Shown here piece after piece: positions 8,835 through 16,533 of a stretch of DNA of 32,000 nt. A program made the position numbers and the translations under genes. Position 1 is the stretch's first letter. Every line of letters starts with the position of its first letter. The DNA is from Candidatus Pelagibacter sp. HTCC7211. Its GTDB lineage: Bacteria > Pseudomonadota > Alphaproteobacteria > Pelagibacterales > Pelagibacteraceae. The stretch is from NCBI RefSeq assembly GCF_000155895.1, contig NZ_DS995298.1:1140001-1172000 (forward strand), written 5' to 3'. Below the pieces are notes generated by a model, which was not told the DNA's origin, ran no database searches, and saw only the letters and a list, made by a program, of their open reading frames with translations.

Positions 8835-9518
8835 ATGATCTTTAAACAGCTTTTTGATACTAAATCATCGACTTATACTTATATTATTGCTTCGGCAAAA
8901 GGTCGCGAGGCTATAATAATTGATCCAGTTATCGAAAATGTTAACGAGTATATTGAGCTTTTAAAAAATCTTGATTTAAAACTTGTAAAAGTAATTGATA
9001 CTCATATTCATGCTGACCATGTAACTGGGGCTTCCAAATTACAAAAAGCAACTAATTGCACAACACTTATGGGTGAGCATACTCCAGCTGATATGGTTGA
9101 TATAAAAGTTAAAGATGGTGAGATAATTGATATTGATAATTTTAAAATAAAATCATTATATACACCAGGACATACCTCAGATAGTTATAGTTTTTTATTG
9201 GATAATTATCTTTTCACTGGAGATACTCTTTTAATTAATGGCACCGGTAGGACAGACTTTCAAAATGGAAGTTCTAAAGATGCTTATAACTCTTTATTTA
9301 ATAATCTTTTAAAATTACCTGAAGAAACATTGGTTTATCCAGGTCATGATTATAATGGTAAGTTTTCAAGTACAATTGGAAATGAAAAAAAATTTAATCC
9401 TAGATTGCAAGTGAAAAGTGTTGATGAATATATAGACATTATGTCTAAGCTAAACTTAGCTAAGCCTAAATTGATTGAAAGTAATGTTAGTAGAAATATT
9501 CAACTTGGTGCTAATTAA
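8835..9518 (+). CDS. Persulfide dioxygenase (ETHE1-type MBL-fold sulfur dioxygenase)
   Basis: Metallo-beta-lactamase motif HIHADH, TPGHTSDS, GDTLL, and the ETHE1-like block GTGRTDFQNGS...YPGHDY. Confidence 0.8.
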   Translation: MIFKQLFDTKSSTYTYIIASAKGREAIIIDPVIENVNEYIELLKNLDLKLVKVIDTHIHADHVTGASKLQKATNCTTLMGEHTPADMVDIKVKDGEIIDIDNFKIKSLYTPGHTSDSYSFLLDNYLFTGDTLLINGTGRTDFQNGSSKDAYNSLFNNLLKLPEETLVYPGHDYNGKFSSTIGNEKKFNPRLQVKSVDEYIDIMSKLNLAKPKLIESNVSRNIQLGAN

Positions 9519-9828
9519 AAATAAAAAAGATTAATAACCAATAAGAAAATAATCCAGATAGAATGGTTGAAATTATACTTTTTGAAAAATATCCAACGAT
9601 AATTGCAATTATAGCAGCAAAGATTTTTGGATCATGTATTTCTACAAATGTTCCATAATCATTTATAAAAATTGCAGGAAAAATTATTGCTGGAAACACT
9701 GCAGAAGGAACATATGCCAAAACTTCTTTCACTCTTTCACTTAACATTTCTCTTCCTACTAAAGCTATCATAGCCATTCTTGTAAAATAAGTTAATAAGC
9801 CTGCAATAATTATTGATAACCAAGTCAT
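9511..9828 (-). CDS. azlD: AzlD-like branched-chain amino acid transport protein
   Basis: 105-aa hydrophobic protein. ATGA overlap with the upstream AzlC-like gene gives the classic AzlC/AzlD pair arrangement. Confidence 0.65.
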   Translation of the reverse strand: MTWLSIIIAGLLTYFTRMAMIALVGREMLSERVKEVLAYVPSAVFPAIIFPAIFINDYGTFVEIHDPKIFAAIIAIIVGYFSKSIISTILSGLFSYWLLIFFIFN

Positions 9829-10511
9829 TTTTTTAACCTCAATATTAATGAAGCTACAAACAAAGCAATAATTGGTGAAATTATTATGTAGGATTTTAAT
9901 GGTGCATTAAAAAATAATAATGAGCTAATCCCACAAACTAACATAACAATAACATGATCTAATTTTTTTAAATCTTGAACAACGATTGCAATAAAAGTTA
10001 AAGGAATAGTAAATTTTAGTCCAAGTTCTTCTGGCACAAAGGAGCCCAATATAATCCCTGCCAATGTAGCAATTTGCCAACAAGTCCAAAGAGTGCAGCC
10101 AGCTCCAATTAAATGATAATGTAAATACTTCTCTGACTTGTTATTTTTGAAGAATTTAGCAGACTCTGCAAACGCTTGATCTACTACTATATAGGAAATA
10201 AATAATTTTTTAATAAAGGATAATTTATTTAAGTACTCTGATAAAACTGCTCCATAAAGTAAATGTCTAGAATTAATTATACCCACAGATGTAACTGCTA
10301 TCAATGAAGATGCTCCACCTGACAATAATTGAAGAAATACAATTTGAGATGCTCCACCAAAAATAATAATTGACATCCCATATACTAGGTATGGACTAAA
10401 TCCAAGTTCAACACCAATTGCTCCACAAATAATTCCAAATGGAATTACTGATAACATGTGAGGTGCAACATCAAGCATTCCTCTAGTAAATAATTGTTTT
10501 TTTGAGAGCAT
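9825..10511 (-). CDS. azlC: AzlC-family branched-chain amino acid permease component
   Basis: 228-aa polytopic membrane protein. Size and pairing with a 105-aa AzlD-like protein fit the family. Confidence 0.7.
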   Translation of the reverse strand: MLSKKQLFTRGMLDVAPHMLSVIPFGIICGAIGVELGFSPYLVYGMSIIIFGGASQIVFLQLLSGGASSLIAVTSVGIINSRHLLYGAVLSEYLNKLSFIKKLFISYIVVDQAFAESAKFFKNNKSEKYLHYHLIGAGCTLWTCWQIATLAGIILGSFVPEELGLKFTIPLTFIAIVVQDLKKLDHVIVMLVCGISSLLFFNAPLKSYIIISPIIALFVASLILRLKK

Positions 10512-10525
10512 TTAATTTTGTTTTA

Positions 10526-11584
10526 TTAAAAACAAACTATATGATCAATATTAATTGGTCTCTTAATACCAAATTTTTCATCAACCTCATGTTGATGGAT
10601 GTGATGCGAGTGAACAAAAACAGGTATTAGCAGTTCACTGCTAGTTTTTAATGTATAGATAAAATTAGTACCTCTAAATTTTCTATCAACGACTTCTAAT
10701 TTTAGATTACTTTTATCATCATGTTCAAGATCCTCTGGTTGAAGTAACAATTGGACGTCAGATCCTTTTGGATAATGTTTAATGAAATTTCCTTTAATTG
10801 TTCCTAAATCTTCACTCTCTAAACTATCTTCACCTGTAACTTTTGCTGGTATTAAAATCCCTCTATTTAAAAAATTTACAACCTCTATAGAATTTGGAAA
10901 ATGATAAACATTGTAAGGGTCATCATACTGTTTAAGTTGACTGTCTAAAATTATCCCACATTTGCTTCCAAGATAAAATGCTTCGTAAGAGTCGTGAGTT
11001 ACAATGATTGTTGTAATTTTTAAATCAGTTAAAATTTGTTTAAGTTTAACTTGTATTTCTTCTTTAAAACTTTGATCAACATTAGATAATGGTTCATCTA
11101 ACAATAATAAATCAGGTCTAGAAAGTAACGCTCTTGCTAAGGCAGCTCTTTGAGCTTCTCCAGAGCTTATTTGATGTGGGAATTTTTCTTTGATGTGATC
11201 TAAATGTAGAAATTCAATAACTTCATCAATTGTTAAACTTTTTTTCTTTTTTTTATTTCTATCTGCACCAAACTGTATATTTTGAATTACGTTATAATGT
11301 GGAAATAGAGAATTATCCTGAAAAGCTAAAGATATATTTCGATTCTCAGGTTCAATATGTACATTTTTAGATGAAATAATTTTATTTTTTAAAAAAATTT
11401 TACCAGATTTAATTTTTTCAAGTCCAGCTATAGTTCTTAAAATTGTGGTTTTGCCTATACCAGATGGTCCTAATAGACAAATAATGTCCCCTTCATTTTC
11501 AATTGTTAAAGAGACATTATTTACTTTATTTTTTTCACTTGCAGCAAAAGTAACATTTTCGATTTCTAAAAAGTTTTTTGGCAT
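10526..11584 (-). CDS. fbpC: Ferric-iron ABC transporter ATP-binding protein
   Basis: Walker A GPSGIGKTT, signature-like SSGEAQR, Walker B LLLLDEPLS. The C-terminal extension is typical of FbpC/PotA-type importer ATPases. Operon context with FbpA/B-like genes. Confidence 0.85.
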   Translation of the reverse strand: MPKNFLEIENVTFAASEKNKVNNVSLTIENEGDIICLLGPSGIGKTTILRTIAGLEKIKSGKIFLKNKIISSKNVHIEPENRNISLAFQDNSLFPHYNVIQNIQFGADRNKKKKKSLTIDEVIEFLHLDHIKEKFPHQISSGEAQRAALARALLSRPDLLLLDEPLSNVDQSFKEEIQVKLKQILTDLKITTIIVTHDSYEAFYLGSKCGIILDSQLKQYDDPYNVYHFPNSIEVVNFLNRGILIPAKVTGEDSLESEDLGTIKGNFIKHYPKGSDVQLLLQPEDLEHDDKSNLKLEVVDRKFRGTNFIYTLKTSSELLIPVFVHSHHIHQHEVDEKFGIKRPINIDHIVCF

Positions 11585-11591
11585 AAATTAA

Positions 11592-13211
11592 TTAATCCTT
11601 AAGAATGTATCTAGATGTAATTAAAATAAAGAAACTTGCAATAAGAATAAGGAATAATGAAGGTGCAGCTGCTGCTTCAAGTAAATCTTGAGAGGCATAA
11701 ATATAGGCTTGGGTTGCAAATGTTTCAAAATTAAAAGGTCTCATTATTAGTGTAATTGGTAACTCTTTTATAACTTCAATAGAAATCAAAATTCCAATCA
11801 ATAGAATAGAATTTTTTAAGTAAGGTATATGAATATTTTTAAAAGTTTTAAATTTTGAATATCCTAATAAGTATGCACTCTCATCAATTGAATAATTTAT
11901 CTTTAAATAGCCTGACTTAATTCCATTACTTGCCAACGAATAAAATCTTATAAAATAAACAATAACCAAACCTAAAATTGAACCTATAAAAATTGATTTA
12001 ACGTTTTTAATATCAAAAAAACTAATAATGTTATTATCAAACCAAGAAATAAAAGTAATAAATGCCACAGCCAAGATTATTCCTGGTACAGCATAACCAG
12101 AGATTGATAAAGTATTTAAAATTTCTAAAAACTTACTTCTAGATAATCTATTTCCATAATTTGAAATAAAAGCAAAACTAATCAAAACAAAGCTTGAAAA
12201 TAAAACTAAGATTATTGTGTTTGAAAATAAACTAATTAAATCTAAATCAATTAAATGTTTTGGAAAAATAATTGTCCAATAAAGCATTTGAATAACAGGA
12301 AATAAAAAGCTTATAAAAAAAATTAAAAAACAAAATGAAAAAGCAAAAATAGCTTTATAACCATGTAATGTTGTTAATGATTTTTTTTTAAATCCTCCTT
12401 TTGTAGGAGAGTGATATTGAGCTTTTTTTCTAGATATATTTTCTAATACAAATAATCCAAGTATAAAAATTAATAGATAAAAAGATAGTTGATTTGCTAA
12501 CGCTAGGTCATCAAATGAAATCCATGCATTATAAATTCCAGTTGTAAACGTAGATATTCCAAAAAATGATACTGATCCAAAATCAGATAAGGTTTCCATT
12601 GCAACAAGAGACAAACCGGCGACTATCGCAGGTCTTGCTGAAGGTAAAATTATTTTAAAAAAAGATTTTTTCTTACTAAAACCAAGATTTTTTCCGAGCT
12701 CTATTAAATTTTGTGACTGATAATGAAAAGAAGCTCTTGTTAATACATAAACATATCCAAATAAAGAAAATGAAATTGCAATTATTGCTCCTGCCATACC
12801 ATCGAACTTTGGTATATGTGAATTATAATTACCTTCTCCAAACAAACTTTTTAAAATTGTAAACGCTGTTCCATAATTTTCAAAGAAAGCTGTTAAAGAA
12901 TAAGCATAAATATAAGCTGGCACTGCAAAAGATAAAATTAATGCCCATTTAAAAAAATTTGATCCAGTAAACTTATAAAAAGAAACTAAGTAAGCACACG
13001 ATACACCAATTACAAAGGTTAAGAATAATACTCCTAATAAAAGAGATAAAGAATTAAATATATAATCATAAAGAAATGTATTCTTAATAATGTTTGAGTA
13101 ATTGCTTGTACTATCAAAAAAGCTAGAAAATACAGTAATAATTGGTATTGCTACAGCAATAGAAATAAAGAACGAAGTTAAATACCAAATATTTATTTTT
13201 CTTAAATACAT
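11592..13211 (-). CDS. fbpB: Ferric-iron ABC transporter permease (duplicated two-domain type)
   Basis: 539 aa with about 12 TM segments, the fused double permease typical of FbpB/AfuB/SfuB. Confidence 0.85.
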   Translation of the reverse strand: MYLRKINIWYLTSFFISIAVAIPIITVFSSFFDSTSNYSNIIKNTFLYDYIFNSLSLLLGVLFLTFVIGVSCAYLVSFYKFTGSNFFKWALILSFAVPAYIYAYSLTAFFENYGTAFTILKSLFGEGNYNSHIPKFDGMAGAIIAISFSLFGYVYVLTRASFHYQSQNLIELGKNLGFSKKKSFFKIILPSARPAIVAGLSLVAMETLSDFGSVSFFGISTFTTGIYNAWISFDDLALANQLSFYLLIFILGLFVLENISRKKAQYHSPTKGGFKKKSLTTLHGYKAIFAFSFCFLIFFISFLFPVIQMLYWTIIFPKHLIDLDLISLFSNTIILVLFSSFVLISFAFISNYGNRLSRSKFLEILNTLSISGYAVPGIILAVAFITFISWFDNNIISFFDIKNVKSIFIGSILGLVIVYFIRFYSLASNGIKSGYLKINYSIDESAYLLGYSKFKTFKNIHIPYLKNSILLIGILISIEVIKELPITLIMRPFNFETFATQAYIYASQDLLEAAAAPSLFLILIASFFILITSRYILKD

Positions 13212-13229
13212 GCTTACCCTTTTTTATTT

Positions 13230-13277
13230 AGTGAACATAATTAATAGAAGGGTAAAAACTATTAAATTATGTTCACT
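13230..13277 (-). promoter_or_regulatory. 18-bp bulged RNA hairpin in the fbpA-fbpB spacer, with a loop complementary to the fbpB SD region
   Basis: On the + strand, 13230-13247 (agtgaacataattaatag) pairs with 13259-13263 plus 13265-13277, with one bulged base at 13264. The 11-nt loop on the mRNA strand is UUUUUACCCUU. Its UUACCCUU is complementary to AAGGGUAA (13214-13221), 2 nt upstream of the fbpB ATG. Confidence 0.5.
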
Positions 13278-13321
13278 TTATTGAAAATTAATCTTCTTTG
13301 TTAAAAACGTTTATGAGATGA

Positions 13322-13483
13322 TCAATTTCTTCGCTTTTTTATATCAGATAATTTTCTATTATTTATTTTAATTTCAATTTTTTTACACTCATTTGCACAT
13401 GGTTCACATGTTATCTGACCCACTTGTGAACCACTTGCATTAGAAGAGTTATTTTTATTAAAATTAAATAAATTTTTTTCCAT
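13322..13483 (-). CDS. Unannotated small ORF (53 aa), MEKNLFNFNKNNSSNASGSQVGQITCEPCANECKKIEIKINNRKLSDIKKRRN
   Basis: Hand translation. The ATG at 13483 is 6 nt after the fbpA stop, and the TGA is at 13322-13324. It falls below the 60-aa cut-off of the ORF track. It carries a C-x2-C-x3-C motif and a basic tail. There is no obvious SD, so coding status is uncertain. Confidence 0.3.
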   Translation of the reverse strand: MEKNLFNFNKNNSSNASGSQVGQITCEPCANECKKIEIKINNRKLSDIKKRRN

Positions 13484-13489
13484 TATTAA

Positions 13490-14509
13490 TTACTTCCACT
13501 TAGCTGCTAACATGCATTCCAATGCTATTGCTTGATTTTTTCCATAATTAACAACTTTAGTATTTAAGTCTTGTTTAAAACCAAGACCCATTTGTTTTAC
13601 TAAATCATGTGGTTCAACATCATCAATCATTGGATATTCAAATGTATTATTAACAATGTGTTCTTGTGCTTCTTTAGTTAATAAAAACTCAAAAAGTTTT
13701 TTTGCATTTTTTGGATTTGGTGCATTTTTTAATACTCCACCACCACTAATATTCATGTGTGTTCCTCTATCACCTTGATTTGGAAAAAACGGTAATACTT
13801 TTTTAGCTGCTGCTTGTTGTTCAGCTCCTTTTTTTCCAGATAACATTAATGCTAAGTAATAAGTATTAGCTACAGCTAGGTCAGCTTCTCCAGCAGCAAC
13901 TGCTAATATTTGAGCCCTATCATTCCCTTTTGAGTCTCTTGCCATGTTAGCAACAACACCTTTTGACCATTCGCAAGTAGCCTTTTTCCCATTATTTTTT
14001 ACTAATGATGCAACAAGAGATTGATTGTAAATATTATTTGATTTTCTTATAACAACTCTACCTTTCCATTTAGGATCAGCAAGACCTTCGTAGGTCATTC
14101 CATTCAATTCATTAGCATTAACTCTTTCTGGAGAATAATACATAATTCTCGCTCTCTTCGCTATTCCAGTCCAGTTAGTAGATCTGAAGTTTTTTGGAAC
14201 AGCAGCTTTGATTTTGGAAGTCATTGAATTTTGAAACATTCCTTTAGCATCAAATGCACCTAATCTTCCTGCATCTGCTGTAATATAAATGTCTGCTTTA
14301 GAGTCAGCACCCTCTTCTGTTATCCTTTTTTGAAGAGCTTTATCTTTTCCTGATACCACATTTACCTTAATGCCAGTTTTTTCTGTAAATTTTTTATAAA
14401 GCTGAATGTCAGAATCGTAATGTCTTGCACTAAAAACATTTACTTCAGCTGCAAAACTTAAATTAGTAAAGAATGTTAAAATTATTCCTAATGTAGTTAT
14501 TTTTTTCAT
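13490..14509 (-). CDS. fbpA: Periplasmic ferric-iron binding protein of the ABC importer
   Basis: Signal peptide MKKITTLGIILTFFTNLSFA/AE. The block VNVFSARHYDSD...TGIKVNVVSGK...ADIYITADAGRL is typical of FbpA/AfuA/SfuA-type SBPs. I moved the start from the track's 14581 to the ATG at 14509 (Met25), where the signal peptide begins. Confidence 0.85.
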   Translation of the reverse strand: MKKITTLGIILTFFTNLSFAAEVNVFSARHYDSDIQLYKKFTEKTGIKVNVVSGKDKALQKRITEEGADSKADIYITADAGRLGAFDAKGMFQNSMTSKIKAAVPKNFRSTNWTGIAKRARIMYYSPERVNANELNGMTYEGLADPKWKGRVVIRKSNNIYNQSLVASLVKNNGKKATCEWSKGVVANMARDSKGNDRAQILAVAAGEADLAVANTYYLALMLSGKKGAEQQAAAKKVLPFFPNQGDRGTHMNISGGGVLKNAPNPKNAKKLFEFLLTKEAQEHIVNNTFEYPMIDDVEPHDLVKQMGLGFKQDLNTKVVNYGKNQAIALECMLAAKWK

Positions 14510-14538
14510 TGTATCTCTTTCTTTACCCTTATTGATTT

Positions 14539-14579
14539 GCGAATGAGAATTATTCGCACTGCGAATGATTATCAATCGC
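14539..14579 (-). promoter_or_regulatory. Two tandem 19-bp Fur-box-like palindromes upstream of fbpA
   Basis: GCGAATGAGAATTATTCGC (14539-14557) matches the Fur consensus GATAATGATAATCATTATC at 13/19 positions. GCGAATGATTATCAATCGC (14561-14579) matches at 14/19 read on the gene strand and is 16/19 self-complementary. They lie 30-70 nt upstream of the ATG at 14509. Confidence 0.5.
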
Positions 14580-14643
14580 ATATATTGTCGCAGTTGTAAA
14601 GCTATTTTTTCGATAAATTACAATTATTTAAAAATTGAAATAA

Positions 14644-15531
14644 TTATTTCCAATCACCTATTTTGCTGAATAGAAAGTTCCTAAAAGCTTGAACTCTTGC
14701 AGTATTTTTAAGCGATTGAGGATATACAAAGTGAGCCTCTGTAATTGGACCTTCTGATTTTGGTAAGACTTTAATTACATTGTTAGAATTTGAGACCAAG
14801 TATTCTGGTAAAGCAGCAAGGCCTACTCCAGACTCTACTGCCAAAAGTAATCCCATTACACTATTTACCTTCATAATTGATTTTCTTTTTTTTCCATCAT
14901 GCATACCAAGCTTCAAAGCCCAATCGGGATTATAAACTGGAGATGGTGCTCCTTTTCCAAAAGAAATAAACTTATGTTTATTTAAGTCACCAATAGTTTT
15001 TGGCATTCCAAATTTTTCTAAATATTTATTTGAACCATAAATAAAATATTTTATATCAACTAATTTCTTTTGAATATAATTGAGTTGTTTTGGTCGTCTC
15101 ATAAAAATACCAATATCAGCTTGTCGCGTACTTAAATCCAATTCTTTGTCATCAAAAACTAATTCAATTTCAATTTCAGGGTTAAGCCTCATAAATTCTT
15201 GAATTCTTGGAGTTAACCAGTGGGTTCCAAAACTTCTAACTGTTGTAATTGTTAATTTTCCAGTTGGTTTATTTTTTTGATCACCTAAAGATGTTTCAAC
15301 TTCTTTAAGTTTACTTATAACCTCATGTGCAGTTTTAAAAACATACTCGCCATTTTCTGTAAGAGTTAATCCTCTTGCATGTCTCTCAAATAATTGAACT
15401 TTTAAATCTTGCTCAAGCGATTGTATTTGTCGACTTATTGCTGATTGGCTAAGATTTAAATTAATCGTGGCATTTGTAAAACTGCCAGCTTCAGCAACTG
15501 CATGAAAAATTTTTAATTTGTCCCAATCCAT
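14644..15531 (-). CDS. LysR-family transcriptional regulator
   Basis: N-terminal wHTH FTNATINLNLSQSAISRQIQSLE and a LysR substrate-binding domain of typical length (295 aa). TAATG overlap with the upstream reductase. Confidence 0.9.
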   Translation of the reverse strand: MDWDKLKIFHAVAEAGSFTNATINLNLSQSAISRQIQSLEQDLKVQLFERHARGLTLTENGEYVFKTAHEVISKLKEVETSLGDQKNKPTGKLTITTVRSFGTHWLTPRIQEFMRLNPEIEIELVFDDKELDLSTRQADIGIFMRRPKQLNYIQKKLVDIKYFIYGSNKYLEKFGMPKTIGDLNKHKFISFGKGAPSPVYNPDWALKLGMHDGKKRKSIMKVNSVMGLLLAVESGVGLAALPEYLVSNSNNVIKVLPKSEGPITEAHFVYPQSLKNTARVQAFRNFLFSKIGDWK

Positions 15532-16532
15532 TATTTATTTAAATCTACTATTACTCTTCCAGAAATTTCTCCTTTTAAAATTTTAGGATAAGTATCTATT
15601 AATTCATCTAAACTAACTGTTAAAATTGATTTTTCTAGTAATTCAAAATCAATTAATTTTGAAGCTTCTGACCATATAAACTCTCTTCTTTTTATACCAC
15701 AATTTGCAGAGTCCATTCCCCAGAGTTTAATTCCTCTTAACATAAAAGGTATCACACTTGTATTTAGTTCGTTATTATTCGCATTACCACATACTGCAAT
15801 TATTCCATTTGGTTTTGTTTGAACAATTGTATTTGCTAAGATTTTTCCACCGACTGTATCAACTACGCCGTCCCATAAACCTTTGTCAATTAACCTTGGG
15901 TCTTTGTCAAATTCAGACCTATTTACAACGTTTTTTGCTCCTAATGATTTTAAGTAATCTGCTTTTGAGTCTTTACCGGTAACTGCAGTTACATTGTATC
16001 CTAATTTAGTCAAAGCCATTACAGCTACACTTCCAACTCCACCGGTTGCACCTGTTACCAAAACATCATTTACTTTTTCACCTAATAAAATGCTTTCTCT
16101 TGCTTGAATTGCGAAAGCACTCATTAAAGAAGTAAACCCAGCTGTTCCTAAGGTCATGGCTTGTCTACTCGTTAATTCTTTAGGTTTTTTAACTAAAAAA
16201 TCTGCGTTTACTTTTGCAATTTGTGAGTATCCTCCGTAAAATACTTCACCCACTCTAAATCCAGTTAAAATTACTTCATCACCCTCTTTAAATTTTGAGT
16301 TTTCACTCTCTATAACTGTACCTGCAAAATCAATACCTGGAATATGAGGAAATTCTTTAACTAATCTTCCACCATTTTTTAAAATCATTCCATCTTTAAA
16401 ATTAAGATCTGAATAATCTACTTTGATAGTTACATCACCATGTTTTAAAAAGCTTTTATCAATGGATTTTACTTCTCTTGTAAAATTTTCGCCTTCTTGA
16501 TTGATGATTAATGCTTTGAATTGATCTGACAC
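15531..16532 (-). CDS. acuI: YhdH/AcuI-family NADPH-dependent acrylyl-CoA reductase (MDR superfamily)
   Basis: Collinear with E. coli YhdH as I recall it: DYSDLNFKDG, FPHIPGIDFAGTV, GTAGFT, VTGATGGVGS, TVGG. It appears to use a GTG start, since there is no in-frame ATG nearby. Confidence 0.75.
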   Translation of the reverse strand: MSDQFKALIINQEGENFTREVKSIDKSFLKHGDVTIKVDYSDLNFKDGMILKNGGRLVKEFPHIPGIDFAGTVIESENSKFKEGDEVILTGFRVGEVFYGGYSQIAKVNADFLVKKPKELTSRQAMTLGTAGFTSLMSAFAIQARESILLGEKVNDVLVTGATGGVGSVAVMALTKLGYNVTAVTGKDSKADYLKSLGAKNVVNRSEFDKDPRLIDKGLWDGVVDTVGGKILANTIVQTKPNGIIAVCGNANNNELNTSVIPFMLRGIKLWGMDSANCGIKRREFIWSEASKLIDFELLEKSILTVSLDELIDTYPKILKGEISGRVIVDLNK

Positions 16533-16533
16533 T

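Noticed and set aside
13214-13277. Interpreting the hairpin loop / SD complementarity as a classical H-type pseudoknot riboswitch (SAM-II/SAM-V-like).
   Set aside because: An 8-nt linker is unlikely to span an 18-bp stem. No ligand-binding consensus is recognisable, and an iron transporter is not a known context for such a riboswitch. I retained only the weaker anti-SD / stability-element hypothesis.
14510-14581. The track's 24-codon N-terminal extension of the iron-binding protein (MRLIIIRSANNSHSQINKGKERDT...).
   Set aside because: A canonical signal peptide begins at Met25 (14509). The extension is made of the two Fur-box-like palindromes, so it is more plausibly promoter or operator DNA.
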